64,000 nt of DNA from Nitrosopumilus sp. (GTDB lineage Archaea; Thermoproteota; Nitrososphaeria; Nitrososphaerales; Nitrosopumilaceae). This document shows, piece after piece, positions 43,201 through 50,514 of the stretch. The notes below the pieces were generated by a model that searched no databases, was not told the DNA's origin, and was given only the letters and a program-made list of their open reading frames with translations. Made by a program: the position numbers and the translations under genes. The stretch covers positions 320,001 through 384,000 of the forward strand of contig OZ243974.1 in the NCBI GenBank assembly GCA_965214775.1, written 5' to 3'. Positions within the stretch are counted from its first letter, which is position 1, and each line of letters begins with the position of its first letter.

Positions 43201-44941
43201 CGGCGCGCAGCTGCTGCTCGCCTAGCGTGACGGAGAACGATGCCGAGTCGGCGGCGTTCGGATCATGGCCCATGCCGGCCAGAGGTATCTGGTTGTCCTG
43301 TTCCGCCTCGCTGATGTACAGCATGCCGGCGTCCGTCTCCGAGGCATCCAGGATCCCATCAAAGTATATCGTCAGATCCCCCGTCTCCACGTCCAGGTAG
43401 GCGCTCTCAAATGCAGGCTTTGTGACATCCGGCACGACGTCTATCGTGTTGCCCTCGGAGGCCGTGATGTATTGCCCGTCCAGATCCGTCACAGCGCCGT
43501 CCCCGATATCGAGATGCGGCGTATCCAGCGCGATGACGTCCCGCCACTGGGACACCGTAAGCGTAAGCCTGATCGAGACTGTCTCCGAATCGTCCCCACG
43601 GTCGTAAACCGTGGCGCCTGCCAGGCTGACGCTGTCCTGTCCCGGACTGCCAATGTGCAGCCGCGACGTGTGGATCGCGTTGACGTAGACCTTCTCGTCA
43701 AACGTCACGGTCAGTACGCCCGTGTTCTCGTCGAATTCGGCTGACTCGAATTCCGGTCTGAGGGACTCTAGCTTGACGACCTGAAATCCTTCGTTGGAGG
43801 ACACGGCAACGTGCGTGTCGCCGTCGGCCTCAAAGACGGCCACGTCACGGACACGTTTAAGCAGCAGGGAGTTGCTGTCGGACAAGCTCCCTGCGGTGAA
43901 AGGGCTGTACGGATCGGTGACGTCGACAAGCTGAAGAGTGCTGCGCGTGGGGAACGCTACCACCGCGTAGGTTCTTGCGTCCACCACGGCTATTCCCACC
44001 CCGTACGTTTTAGCAAGCAACAGCTCGTCTGTGTCTTTTATCTGCCCGGCCGCTGTAGGGTTGTCAGGATCGGTAACGTCTATGATCTGGAGGCCGCCGC
44101 TGGCGCGGGACGTTACCGCCGCGTATGGCTTCTCCCCGATCTCAAAGATGGTCACACCCCGGGTTTTGTTAAGCAACAGATCCTCCCCACCCCCGTTTGT
44201 AGTCTCGGTGTATGCAAGATTCCCTGCGGCGGCGGGACTGTCCGGGTTTGTGATATTTATAATCTGGAGACCGTTTTCATTGATGGAGGTCACGGCCGCA
44301 TATGTGCTGCTGCCTATCTGAAACGTGTCCACGTCATGCGCGCCGCCAAGCAGCAGTGTGTCGTCATCTGCAATCTTTCCGGCGGCGTCCGGATCATAAG
44401 GATCGGTGACGTCTATGATCTGGAGGCCGCCGCTGGCGCGATTCGAGGCCACGGCCGCATAGGTGTTCTGTCCGATTGCAAACGTGTCCACGCCGAAGGC
44501 CTTGCCGAGTAGCAATCCGTCCGAGTCACCAGTATCTACCAGATGTCCTGCCGTTGACGGACTGGCCGGGTTTGTAATATTTATAATCTGGAGGCGGTGC
44601 TCCCCAAAGGAGGTCACGGCCGCGTATGTGCTGCTGCCTATCTGAAATGTGTCCACGTCACGGGTGTCATCAAGCATTGCTAGCTGGCTGACGGGGGACG
44701 GATTGCCCGGATTGGTGACATCGATCAGTTGGAGGCCGCCTTCACTAATGGATGTCACGGCCGCGTATGTTCTACTGCCTATCTCAAATGTGTCCACACC
44801 ACGGGCTTCACCAAGCAGTACTGACGGGCTCTCATCCAGCTGGCCGGCGGGCACCATCCTGATCAGCAGACTCTGCTGCGAGTATGCCTCGTGCATGTAG
44901 CCCATGCCTGCCAGGCCCGAGACGGCAGCTGCGGTTATCAC
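31280..44941 (-). CDS. giant surface protein (4553 aa): LVIVD beta-propellers, Ig-like domains, DUF5011 array, CFI-box-CTERM anchor
   Basis: Repeated YAAVTS..GLQIIDVTDP blades; about 25-27 DTT.PVITL.G...Y...GAT..D units; PEPE linker; GGACLIATAAYGTELAPQVQ.LRE.RD plus TM. Confidence 0.93.
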   Translation of the reverse strand: MITAAAVSGLAGMGYMHEAYSQQSLLIRMVPAGQLDESPSVLLGEARGVDTFEIGSRTYAAVTSISEGGLQLIDVTNPGNPSPVSQLAMLDDTRDVDTFQIGSSTYAAVTSFGEHRLQIINITNPASPSTAGHLVDTGDSDGLLLGKAFGVDTFAIGQNTYAAVASNRASGGLQIIDVTDPYDPDAAGKIADDDTLLLGGAHDVDTFQIGSSTYAAVTSINENGLQIINITNPDSPAAAGNLAYTETTNGGGEDLLLNKTRGVTIFEIGEKPYAAVTSRASGGLQIIDVTDPDNPTAAGQIKDTDELLLAKTYGVGIAVVDARTYAVVAFPTRSTLQLVDVTDPYSPFTAGSLSDSNSLLLKRVRDVAVFEADGDTHVAVSSNEGFQVVKLESLRPEFESAEFDENTGVLTVTFDEKVYVNAIHTSRLHIGSPGQDSVSLAGATVYDRGDDSETVSIRLTLTVSQWRDVIALDTPHLDIGDGAVTDLDGQYITASEGNTIDVVPDVTKPAFESAYLDVETGDLTIYFDGILDASETDAGMLYISEAEQDNQIPLAGMGHDPNAADSASFSVTLGEQQLRAVIAMTEPQIDIATGAVRDLAGNAIDESADNPVAYVGPDHPEPSGSLADGGDLLLRKTDHVDVFEADGRTYAAVTSRVEGGLQLVDITDPAHPVPAGGLQDNEQILLGGALGVDIFEADGRTYAAVTSRGEDGLQLVDVTDPASPAAAGSIEDGSLYLERAWDVDTFRIGSNTYAAVISLESRGLQIIDVTDPDNPTAAGQLEDTEPTDPPGEDELLLGGAYDVDTFRIGSNTYAAVTSLTEGGLQIIDVTDPDNPTAAGQVPPSTPDQLLSVLKGMDIFEADGRTYAVAVSASDDNLVIIDVTNPASPAVVGSLADGDPLSLDDAQDVDTFRIDGSVYAVVTSPADDGLRVVDISNPRKPATAGVLTDTIDTLLGGANRVDMFELDGSVYAAVTSGVDGGLQIVKLHARDTLGPAFVSAFFDQNEGVLSITFSEPLDGSRTDLALLHVSETGQDSEVSLDDAVQVSDESRPETISLELDELQRLLVIRMGTPQIDIGAGAVYDVVGNAISESADNPVTVVLNTVTTADITNDSFMLLESAKDVAVFETGGGKYAAVTSDKSGGLQIVNVNNANRPIIEGQLAEDDSVLLGEAHGVDTFRIDNNIYAAVTSNKEDGLQIVDITDPGSPTAAGNLTDSDDLLLDDVVDVDTFAIGGSTYAAVISFGAGGLQIVDITDPGSPTAAGKLADSDDLQLGGASDVDTFQIGGSTYAAVTSLDEGGLQLVDITDPDTPENAGRVLHTSEVPLLYSTGVNVFEADGSTYAAVTSISTPGRLQIINVTTPDNPAAVGQLADTGELLLGGASDVDTFQIGGSTYAAVASSSDHGLQLVDITDPKMPLAAGFLPDTEYTLLKDANVVRTFELDGSVHAIVISREENGIQIVDIAIPASPIPRGSLSTDPGLHLGSAYAVDTYETGGGTYAVATSDSESFLQIVDVTDPDAPIPAGRISDNEDLLLEGVRDIDIFMLKDRIYAATVASEMENHGLQLVDITDPTDPLPAGSFEDRTEPNPTLLTDSRTVDIFRIGDLTYAIVTAFKENGLQVLNITNPANITAAGHLGGPETDWRGISPIAVDTYKKGQNTYGIVTRSSILVQPTTYDIVIFDVTDPMSPTVLGTLTDTDELLLEDTRDVDIFESGDNTYAAITSLLGAGLQIVDITDPRNLQPAGQLRYEGGIAPLIRADNRDLDIFEIGGTTYGVIASGSDDRLRLIDISNPDIPVFAGDLLAGEDDLLRDTRGVDAFELRGNAYAVTVSSGEDGIQVWKLVTNVHARPIIMLVGDDPLTHELGTPYKDPGATVLYSDPAYDAPVIIDHSDVDVSKRGDYAVTYTATDAHGNTRIVERTVLVRDTTPPVITPNGSDPLAHELGDEYEDPGAVVTDNDPAYDGTATATGAVNADVKGDYAVTYTAPADAAGNVPVPVTRTVTVEDTTKPVITLNGAATMTIELGTGTYTEQGATVSDNDPAYTTTEATVGGDTVDVNSLGTYVVSYTAPADAAGHMPDSVTRTVTVSDMTAPVINLNPPNPLRHELGDSPYVDPGATASDNSDVTIDDSDVDVNVSGDYTVRFSATDGSSNTGTATRTVEVRDTTSPVITLKGNATMTVELGTGTYTEQGAAVSDNDPAYGTTKATVGGDTVNTNAAGTYTVTYTAPADAANNEPDDVDRTVTVEDTTKPVITLNGAATMTIELGTGTYTEQGATVSDNDPAYTTTEATVGGDTVDVNSLGTYVVSYTAPADAAGHMPDSVTRTVTVSDMTAPVINLNPPNPLRHELGDSPYTDPGATTDDGSAVTINSTAVDVYVHGDYVVTFKATDGEGNEGMASRTVQVRDTTPPTISVAGDDPATVELGDDYTDAGATATDNDPLYDGTVTNDSVNVDADQSGDYTVTYTATDPSSNTATATRAVKVQDTTKPVITLTGDQNITIEKGGTYTEQGATVSDNDPAYTTTEAAVGGATVDTGSVGRYAVTYTAPADAAGNVPDTVTRTVIVQDTNAPIITLDGDNPLEHEMGDSPYTDPGATTDDGSAVIINSTAVDVYVHGDYVVNFSATDGEGNEGMASRTVQVRDTTPPTISVAGDDPATVELGDDYTDAGATATDNDPLYDGTVTNDSVNVDADQSGDYTVTYTATDPSSNTATATRAVKVQDTTKPVITLTGDQNITIEKGGTYTEQGATVSDNDPAYTTTEAAVGGATVDTGSVGRYAVTYTAPADAAGNVPDTVTRTVIVQDTNAPIITLDGDNPLEHEMGDSPYTDPGATTDDGSAVIINSTAVDVYVHGDYVVNFSATDGEGNEGMASRTVQVRDTTPPTISVAGDDPATVELGDDYTDAGATATDNDPLYDGTVTNDSVNVDADQSGDYTVTYTATDPSSNTATATRAVKVQDTTKPVITLTGDQNITIEKGGTYTEQGATVSDNDPAYTTTEAAVGGATVDTGSVGRYAVTYTAPADEAGNVPDTVTRTVIVQDTNAPIITLNGDNPLEHEMGDSPYTDPGATTDDGSAVIINSTAVDVYVHGDYVVNFSATDGEGNEGMASRTVQVRDTTPPTISVAGDDPATVELGDDYTDAGATATDNDPLYDGTVTDDSVNVDADQSGDYTVTYTATDPSSNTATATRAVKVQDTTKPVITLTGDQNITIEKGGTYTEQGATVSDNDPAYTTTEAAVGGATVDTGSVGRYAVTYTAPADEAGNVPDTVTRTVIVQDTNAPIITLDGDNPLEHEMGDSPYTDPGATTDDGSAVTINSTAVDVYVHGDYVVNFSATDGEGNKGMASRTVQVRDTTKPVIEITGDQNITIEKGDTYTEQGATVTDNDRLYAGTATPSGAVDTGSVATYTITYSAPADAAGNVPDTVTRTVIVQDTNAPIITLDGDNPLAHEMGDSPYTDPGATADDGSTVIINSTAVDVYVKGDYIVNFSATDGEGNKGMASRTVQVRDTTKPVISVAGDDPATVELGDDYTDAGATATDNDPLYDGTVTNDSAGVDAGRSGDYTVTYTATDPSSNTATATRAVKVQDTTKPVITLTGDQNITIEKGGTYTEQGATVSDNDPAYTTTEAAVGGATVDTGSVGRYAVTYTAPADGAGNIPNTVTRTVIVQDTNAPIITLNGANPLEHEMGDSPYVDPGATADDGSTVIINSTAVDVYVHGDYVVNFSATDGEGNKGMASRTVQVRDTTKPVIEITGDQNITIEKGDTYTEQGATVTDNDRLYAGTATPSGAVDTGSVATYTITYSAPADAAGNVPDTVTRTVIVQDTNAPIITLDGDNPLAHEMGDSPYTDPGATADDGSTVIINSTAVDVYVKGDYIVNFSATDGEGNKGMASRTVQVRDTTKPVITLTGDQNVTVELGGTYTEQGATVSDNDRAYSTTEATVGGDTVDVDSVNTYTVTYTAPADAAGNEPDQVTRIVHVSDRLPPLTFTSATLDENTGAMTVTFSETVDISATGLSLLYISDENQTNTIPLDGAEMDFSSADVETLSLTLAGSQLRHVIPMGTPQLDISTGAVSDLLGIPIDESPDNPIALIENDRPAFSSATLDENTGAMTIAFSETVDVSATNLSLLYVSDEGQTNTVLLDGAEMDFSSADVETLSLTLVESQLNRVIPMGTPQLDISTAAVSDILGNPIEESPDNPIILTELIRAGDDDDNDDDGNDNRSPIGDQGGTGEGSVGQHFNHTGRGKFVDPAYIASISWDCSAGLVTIDAGPVSDSLWVSVRTAGDGVTRAAATGEATDWYMTFTAPMRQTGTSYVGVSAIMPFEGTVTSDHQSIVMDACAGKRTYYELPPSALVDNAGRQAVMQQQRDAAHDDAMRPPAPAADPQVPPPAEEPEPESEPEPEPEPEPEPEPEPVLESEPGGACLIATAAYGTELAPQVQALREIRDGVLFSTDSGASFVAGFNSVYYLFSPAVADLERQSPEFRDAVRIAITPMILTLSIMSFAGEGSESSVLALGASVIALNVGMYVAAPAAAIVAARRLLLPLLLPRRTDSKSAKW
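33100..38950. repeat. near-identical internal DNA repeats of the DUF5011 array
   Basis: Identical shadow ORFs recur at 708-bp period (35223, 35931, 36639, 37347), plus 1173-bp (34050/35223) and 723-bp (38027/38750) offsets. Confidence 0.95.
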
Positions 44942-45445
44942 CAGGCACAGGGCTGCAGTTCCTGCCGGCCCGGGCGGGTGCTGCCGTACCGCTGCTATGG
45001 CAGGCCACCTCCGGACACGTGGGCGCCAGACACCGCCATGTGCGGCCCTTTCTCACGCGGCTCGACCCGCCGTCCTGCAAAGAGGACTGCCTGCCGCGGG
45101 CCGTACGGGTGTCGTCCGCGCCGCGCACCAACCCTTGTGCAGCAAGGATTCGGATCACATGCTAATGCATAGCAGCTACTCGGAGATGGCCGTCCTGTGC
45201 CCCGATGACGTGGCGGAATCCATCCACCCCCCCCCCGTCGCCAGCGATCGCCGGATGGATCATCTGGCTAATCACTCCCAAAGAGCAGGGCAAGCTTGGG
45301 TCGCCGCGCCCCCCCCCCCGTCGCCGATGATCACCAAGGCTTTGGCATGGATGCCCTGTTGCACGGAAGCATGCAAGACGTTCATTTTGATATTTATACT
45401 AAAATATGGCGTATTATTAAGAGTGTGGCTTGATCATAGTCTTCC

Positions 45446-45588
45446 CAGAGAGCTGGTTCGAGATTAGCAGACTTTGATTATTTGTGAACTGATTTGTATA
45501 AAAGAGCTCAAAACGTCAGCAAAATACGAATCATCCGTGGGATCACTTGAAAAACTCGCGCGGCTTCTGGTTTCGGATCACCTCTCTG
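45446..45588. mobile_element. MITE family A copy
   Basis: cagagagctggttcgagattagc ... tttcggatcacctctctg; further degenerate copies near 12268, 14893, 45960 and 53394. Confidence 0.85.
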
Positions 45589-46323
45589 AGGAGAAGGCTT
45601 TTCTCGGAAGGAACGTCGTGGGTTCATGCCCCGCACCAACCGCTTCTTTTTTGCCCTGTTTTAATTCTTGATGGGATTCACGCATAAATCCAAGGGGGCT
45701 TAAGGGCAGGCAAACCGCAGAAGGGCTCGGGTCAGATTACAGGAGTCGGGGGCTTGCGCTACAGTAAGGCCAAGGCAGAGGTCTCATTTGACGGGATGCG
45801 TCGCAAAGTGGCTTCGAACTGGCAAAAGAGCGCAAGGCGCCGGATGTGAAAGCTGCGTTCAGAAGGATCTTCAAAAAAAGCCAGATTCCTCGGTTTTGAG
45901 ACATGCGGGAGAGCCCGCACGGATTTCGGCTGCCAGACACCGGGAGAGCTTGAAAGATCCAGGAGAGGCGATTCCAAACCAGAAGCCGTGCGAACTCGAG
46001 TGATCTTGCAGGCAGTCTGCATTTTGCCGATGTTTTGGCACGACGTCTTGCTGCATGACTCTGCCTGTTCTGCTGCCACCGCCACCCCGTGCGCAAGCCT
46101 AGCCAGGTGCCCAAGGTATCGCCGGCTACCTGGCGTCGAAGGGCTGGGCAAATCCGGTTACGTGCGGCTTTCCAGCCCGGCTTGCTTTCGGCAGCTTCTG
46201 CCGCGCTTGCTTGTGAGGATGCCAGAGTTGCGGCACTGCGCATGGCGCCTCGCACGAAAGAACGGTCCAGGGGAACTGCCTGAAATATATTCGGCGTGAC
46301 TTTTACTACAGGAATTGACGCGG

Positions 46324-47202
46324 ATGCTGAAAAAGGCACTGGAAAATGTGCTCTCCCCGGAGGAAGGCAGGGAGCTGATATCGGCGTTCGATCAGATCGG
46401 CGGCATCATCATCGTCAGAATCCCGGACTCGCTGCTGCCAAAGAAAAAAATTATCGGCGAGACCCTCCTGGAGAAAGTCAAGGTTGCCCGCAGCGTCTTT
46501 TACCAGGCCTCTGAAGTAAAAGGCGATTTCAGGACCAGGAACCTGGAGATTCTGGCAGGCGAGGACAGCACGGAGACGGAGTACAGGGAGTCCGGATGCA
46601 GATTCGCAGTAGACGTACAAAACGCGTTCTTTTCTCCCAGGCTGTCAACTGAGCGGGAGAGAATATCAAACCTTGTCCGGGACGGGGAGGTGGTAACCAA
46701 CATGTTTGCCGGGGTCGGCATGTTCTCCATAATGGCCGCAAAGCAGAAGAGATGCACCGTGTACAGCCTGGACATCAATCCCGCAGCATCAAGGCTGTGT
46801 GAAAAAAACATCAGGCAAAACAAGCTGAAGGGAGACGTCATATCAATCAACGGAGATGCATCCCGGATCATCAGGGAGATACTGCAGGACAAATCAGACA
46901 GGACGTTAATGCTGCTGCCGGAAAGATCAGACGAGTTTTTAGAGTCGGCAATAAATGCCACGAAAAACGGGGGGACAATCCACTACTATTTGCACGTCCA
47001 TGCAGACAAGAAAGCAGACGCGGCAAGGCTCTCTGAGGAGCACTATCTGCAGCAGGCAACAGCTGCTTCTGCTACTGCTGCTGTTACCGACATCCGGTCG
47101 GAGATTCTCGGCTCAAAGGTCGTCAGGGCAGTCGGGCCAAGGTACTACCAGACAGTCGTGGACGTCAGAATCTCAAAGCAGTCAGCCATCAGAGGTCACT
47201 GA
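46324..47202 (+). CDS. Trm5/Met-10+ family tRNA-modifying SAM-dependent transferase
   Basis: FDQIG.I, GDFRTR.LE, FFSPRLSTER, NMFAGVG, DINP motifs. Confidence 0.9.
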   Translation: MLKKALENVLSPEEGRELISAFDQIGGIIIVRIPDSLLPKKKIIGETLLEKVKVARSVFYQASEVKGDFRTRNLEILAGEDSTETEYRESGCRFAVDVQNAFFSPRLSTERERISNLVRDGEVVTNMFAGVGMFSIMAAKQKRCTVYSLDINPAASRLCEKNIRQNKLKGDVISINGDASRIIREILQDKSDRTLMLLPERSDEFLESAINATKNGGTIHYYLHVHADKKADAARLSEEHYLQQATAASATAAVTDIRSEILGSKVVRAVGPRYYQTVVDVRISKQSAIRGH

Positions 47203-47400
47203 TGCTGACGACGGTCTTGTCGTTGCCATGACATATCCGATCCACGCGACCACCCCCAGGATGCCCCCGGCAATCATCAGGACAGACAGCTGCAAAACGA
47301 TGGGACTCCATTCAGAAAGCATCAGCAGGTACGCATAAAGGAAAAAGCCACCTATGCACAAGACAAAGATGGTAACTCCCACCCCCTTGCGCCTGTCCAT
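47182..47400 (-). CDS. small two-TM membrane protein
   Basis: 72 aa, two hydrophobic helices, WIGY.MATT motif. Confidence 0.75.
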   Translation of the reverse strand: MDRRKGVGVTIFVLCIGGFFLYAYLLMLSEWSPIVLQLSVLMIAGGILGVVAWIGYVMATTRPSSASVTSDG

Positions 47401-47461
47401 GGCAAAAAGTTTTCTGCTAGTTATTTATTGGCTTCCTTGGCCATGTCTGCATGTCTGTCTG

Positions 47462-47962
47462 TCATATCTCTATGGCCATGAGATACGCGTCCTCGCCGTC
47501 ACGGTAATACGCGTTAAGCTGCTGTCTTATGACAAATCCAAGCTTCTCGTACAGCCTGACTGCCTCGTTGTTGCTGCAGCGCACCTCTAGATAAAACTCG
47601 TCGCATTTCCGCGATCTTATACCCTTTACGGACTCCTCTACAAGCGCCCTTCCGATCCCCTTATTCCTGAACTCGTCTAGGACTGCCACCGACACGACAT
47701 GGCCCTTTTTTACAAAGCCCAGCTTCTTAAAGTTTGAGAACCCGTGCTCGGTCTTGCACATTATATACCCGACGACATGACTGCCGCCGATCTCGGCTAC
47801 GATGAACGCCTCGGGAAGCTCTGCAAGCAGGCTCTCGTAAAAATAGTCAGAATAGTGCTCCGGAAGGGTCTTCAGGTTTATCTCCATGACGGGAATGATG
47901 TCGCTTGTCTGTGCCCTTCTGATGTTGCAGTCACCGCCCAGCTCTCGAAGAATCACCTGCAT
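47462..47962 (-). CDS. Ard1/RimI-type N-terminal acetyltransferase
   Basis: LPEHY, KGHVVSVAV...R.KGIG, YLEVR.SN..A..LY, YYRDGEDAY; start ATG 47962. Confidence 0.93.
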   Translation of the reverse strand: MQVILRELGGDCNIRRAQTSDIIPVMEINLKTLPEHYSDYFYESLLAELPEAFIVAEIGGSHVVGYIMCKTEHGFSNFKKLGFVKKGHVVSVAVLDEFRNKGIGRALVEESVKGIRSRKCDEFYLEVRCSNNEAVRLYEKLGFVIRQQLNAYYRDGEDAYLMAIEI

Positions 47963-48045
47963 GCCTGATATCTGTTGCAGGCATCGATATTTAATTTTAT
48001 TAAACCAAAAGACCATTAATGGATAAAATCAGCCCATAACAGAAG

Positions 48046-49164
48046 ATGGATGAATACTCGCAGGATGACATTATCTCCCTTGTAAACTCGATATTCGATG
48101 TTACGGACTTTGCCAGATCAGAGTTCTCCCTGGAGTTTGAGATTGGTAATGCTGATTTCAAGTCAAGGTTCGAGGAGCTTGCCAGACGGCTGGAGGGCAA
48201 CCAGTATGCATGCAGACTGGAAGAAGGTACAGATGGCAAAAGGCGCCGCATCATCGTTCAGAAGTTTTCCATCAAAAGGCAGGGAAGGATAATGAGGTCG
48301 CCATGGACTCCAAGGATCCTGTTTGGAATAGTAGTCGGATTCATTTTGCTTGACGGATACGTCAGGACAAAGTGGGCAAACACGGTCATAGAGTTCGGGG
48401 ATCCGGCCCAGACGGCAGTCATCTATGCGGTTGCCTTGATGGGAATACTGGGAACCCACGAGGCAGGCCACATCGTCGCATCCAAGATCCACAGGCTAAA
48501 GACCACGTGGCCCTATTTTCTGCCGGGAATCCCTGTATACGGAATTCCGACCTTCGGGGCGTTCATCCAGTCCAGGGGACTGACAATAAACAGGGAGATA
48601 CTGTTTGACGTGGCAATTGCAGGACCGGTTGCGGGGCTGATCATCGCAGTCGTTGTCTCGTTTTATGGCGCATACGAGGCCCCGGTTTTGGAGCACGACA
48701 GGATAGGGGAGACAATAGGGGATCTGCAGCTAAGGGAGTTTGAGTTCGGACAGCCGCTGTTTATGATATTTACTTTGGGAGTGTTTGAAAAGGGCCCCAT
48801 ATACGACATCCCCGTCTACCAGACTCCGTTGATGTTTGCAGCCTGGATAGGATTTCTGATCACGTTTCTGAATTTGATGCCCGCATGGCAGCTGGACGGG
48901 GGGCACATGGCAAGAACCCTGTTCGGGGCAAAAATTCACAGACTTGCAACATATGGCAGCCTGGGAGTTCTGGTCCTGCTGAACTTTTGGCCCATGGCAG
49001 TGCTGATCATGGTGATGAGCTCAAAGAACATGAGCGCGACGCCGCTAGACGACGTATCGCCGGTTTCTGCCAGCAGAAAAATCTCGTATGTCGGGGTGGC
49101 AGTCCTGGCTGTCTTGTGCGCGCCGCTGCCGTCCCAGGCAGTGTCTGCGCTTTTGTCATCGTAG
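48046..49164 (+). CDS. site-2 protease (M50)
   Basis: HEAGH, AIAGP, NLMPAWQLDGGH. Confidence 0.93.
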   Translation: MDEYSQDDIISLVNSIFDVTDFARSEFSLEFEIGNADFKSRFEELARRLEGNQYACRLEEGTDGKRRRIIVQKFSIKRQGRIMRSPWTPRILFGIVVGFILLDGYVRTKWANTVIEFGDPAQTAVIYAVALMGILGTHEAGHIVASKIHRLKTTWPYFLPGIPVYGIPTFGAFIQSRGLTINREILFDVAIAGPVAGLIIAVVVSFYGAYEAPVLEHDRIGETIGDLQLREFEFGQPLFMIFTLGVFEKGPIYDIPVYQTPLMFAAWIGFLITFLNLMPAWQLDGGHMARTLFGAKIHRLATYGSLGVLVLLNFWPMAVLIMVMSSKNMSATPLDDVSPVSASRKISYVGVAVLAVLCAPLPSQAVSALLSS

Positions 49165-49536
49165 CAGCAGCAAGAGCCGCGCAGAATATCTTTCCTTGAG
49201 GTTTGCCGCAAAATCCGTTGCTGCAAAAACGCCGTTCCCAGACGTGGAATGCTCGGGCAGCAGCTTGCCCGGATCGCCCTTTACTGCCGCAGCGCATCTC
49301 TTTTTGTGTACGTTTACTCCTGCGTTGATCACGTTGTCACCTCATCTTTTTTGATCAAAATGCCTGATCCGGGCCGAATCTCCCATTCACCGTCTTCTGC
49401 GCGGCATGATGTGTTGCCTGTCTGTCTGCTGTTGTTAGTCAGTCCGCTGCTGAGCACCCTTGTACATGGCAAGTTCCGATCGACTCTCAGGCCAAATAGC
49501 AATGTCATATTACGAGATACGAATAAGATTTCATGT

Positions 49537-49618
49537 ATAGCAACGAGCAGAAATAATTGAGGTTTTTTACGTGTAGTTATGACCTACTTTGACCCAAAGA
49601 CTTCTGCCCGTTGCCATA
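49537..49618. mobile_element. MITE family H copy
   Basis: ta-tagcaacgagcagaa ... ttctgcccgttgcca-ta. Confidence 0.85.
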
Positions 49619-49719
49619 GTGCCTGCTGATATGGCCGTCTGCGCCACCACGAGATAGGCACGTTTGGGAAAACTGCCTAAAAATCCATGTTTATTAGTCC
49701 CCGGGTTGATTATAATTGA

Positions 49720-50514
49720 ATGGTAGTTGAAGAGCTTCCCGGAATGCTTTCCTTGCAGCTTGGTGCAGGAGCATCAGCAAGCGAATCAGCTAACGAGTTG
49801 TTTTTAAAAAATACCTCAACTCCCACATTTCCATTCTTGAATGTCAAAATGATACCAGACGATAAACAGGAAGACAGTGTCGTTGAAATTAAAGTGAACA
49901 AGCAGGTTTATGAATTCATAAAAAGTACAGGACAAAGTGACGATCTGGTATTTTTTCTTAACAACTATAATGGTTGTTTAACCCAGTGGGGCTACGACAT
50001 GATCGTTGCGATGAAAGTACTCTCAAAGATGAATGTTTTTGTTGACTTTGAATCTTGGATCAATGATGCAAGGAAGAGTTTGAGTCTTTTCCTAACGAAC
50101 AAAAAAGTTGACGCGACATTTGATCAACAAGATGCACTAAAAAATTCCCGAGAACTACTAAGCGCCATAGGGATTCTAGAGGAAGTTGACAAAAACCAAA
50201 CAATAGTATCGGCTGCAAGAGAGGTACTCAGAGAGAGAAAAATGGATGGAGGAACTTTGATATATCGTTTAGCGATGGCGATCTATCATTCCAACAGAGA
50301 GGGCAGAAGCGAATCAATTCTTGCAATAATGGATGATCCTGGATCTGCATACCTTAAACTAGCAGACAGTCCGACATTTAAAAAATGGGAGAGTGAATTC
50401 TCCGAAATGATGGACGTACACCTGGAATCAAGAATAAAAATCATGAAAGTGTTGATAGCATTTACAGTTTCGTCTTATGTGTACAACAAACTGCAAGGTG
50501 ATAAGAACGAGTAG
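49720..50514 (+). CDS. hypothetical protein
   Basis: 264-aa AT-rich ORF, first of three abutting genes. Confidence 0.7.
   Translation: MVVEELPGMLSLQLGAGASASESANELFLKNTSTPTFPFLNVKMIPDDKQEDSVVEIKVNKQVYEFIKSTGQSDDLVFFLNNYNGCLTQWGYDMIVAMKVLSKMNVFVDFESWINDARKSLSLFLTNKKVDATFDQQDALKNSRELLSAIGILEEVDKNQTIVSAAREVLRERKMDGGTLIYRLAMAIYHSNREGRSESILAIMDDPGSAYLKLADSPTFKKWESEFSEMMDVHLESRIKIMKVLIAFTVSSYVYNKLQGDKNE

Noticed and set aside
31569-44900. Many plus-strand ORFs over the giant gene
   Set aside because: Antisense shadows of a GC-rich repetitive CDS
45604-45645. tRNA-like 3' fragment (gtcgtgggttcatgccccgcaccaaccgc) as an att site
   Set aside because: The T-arm is imperfect, there is no 5' half and no matching tRNA in the window
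44950-46300. ORFs upstream of the giant gene and the Trm5-type gene
   Set aside because: No recognisable motifs; the region consists of MITE debris and low-complexity GC-rich DNA
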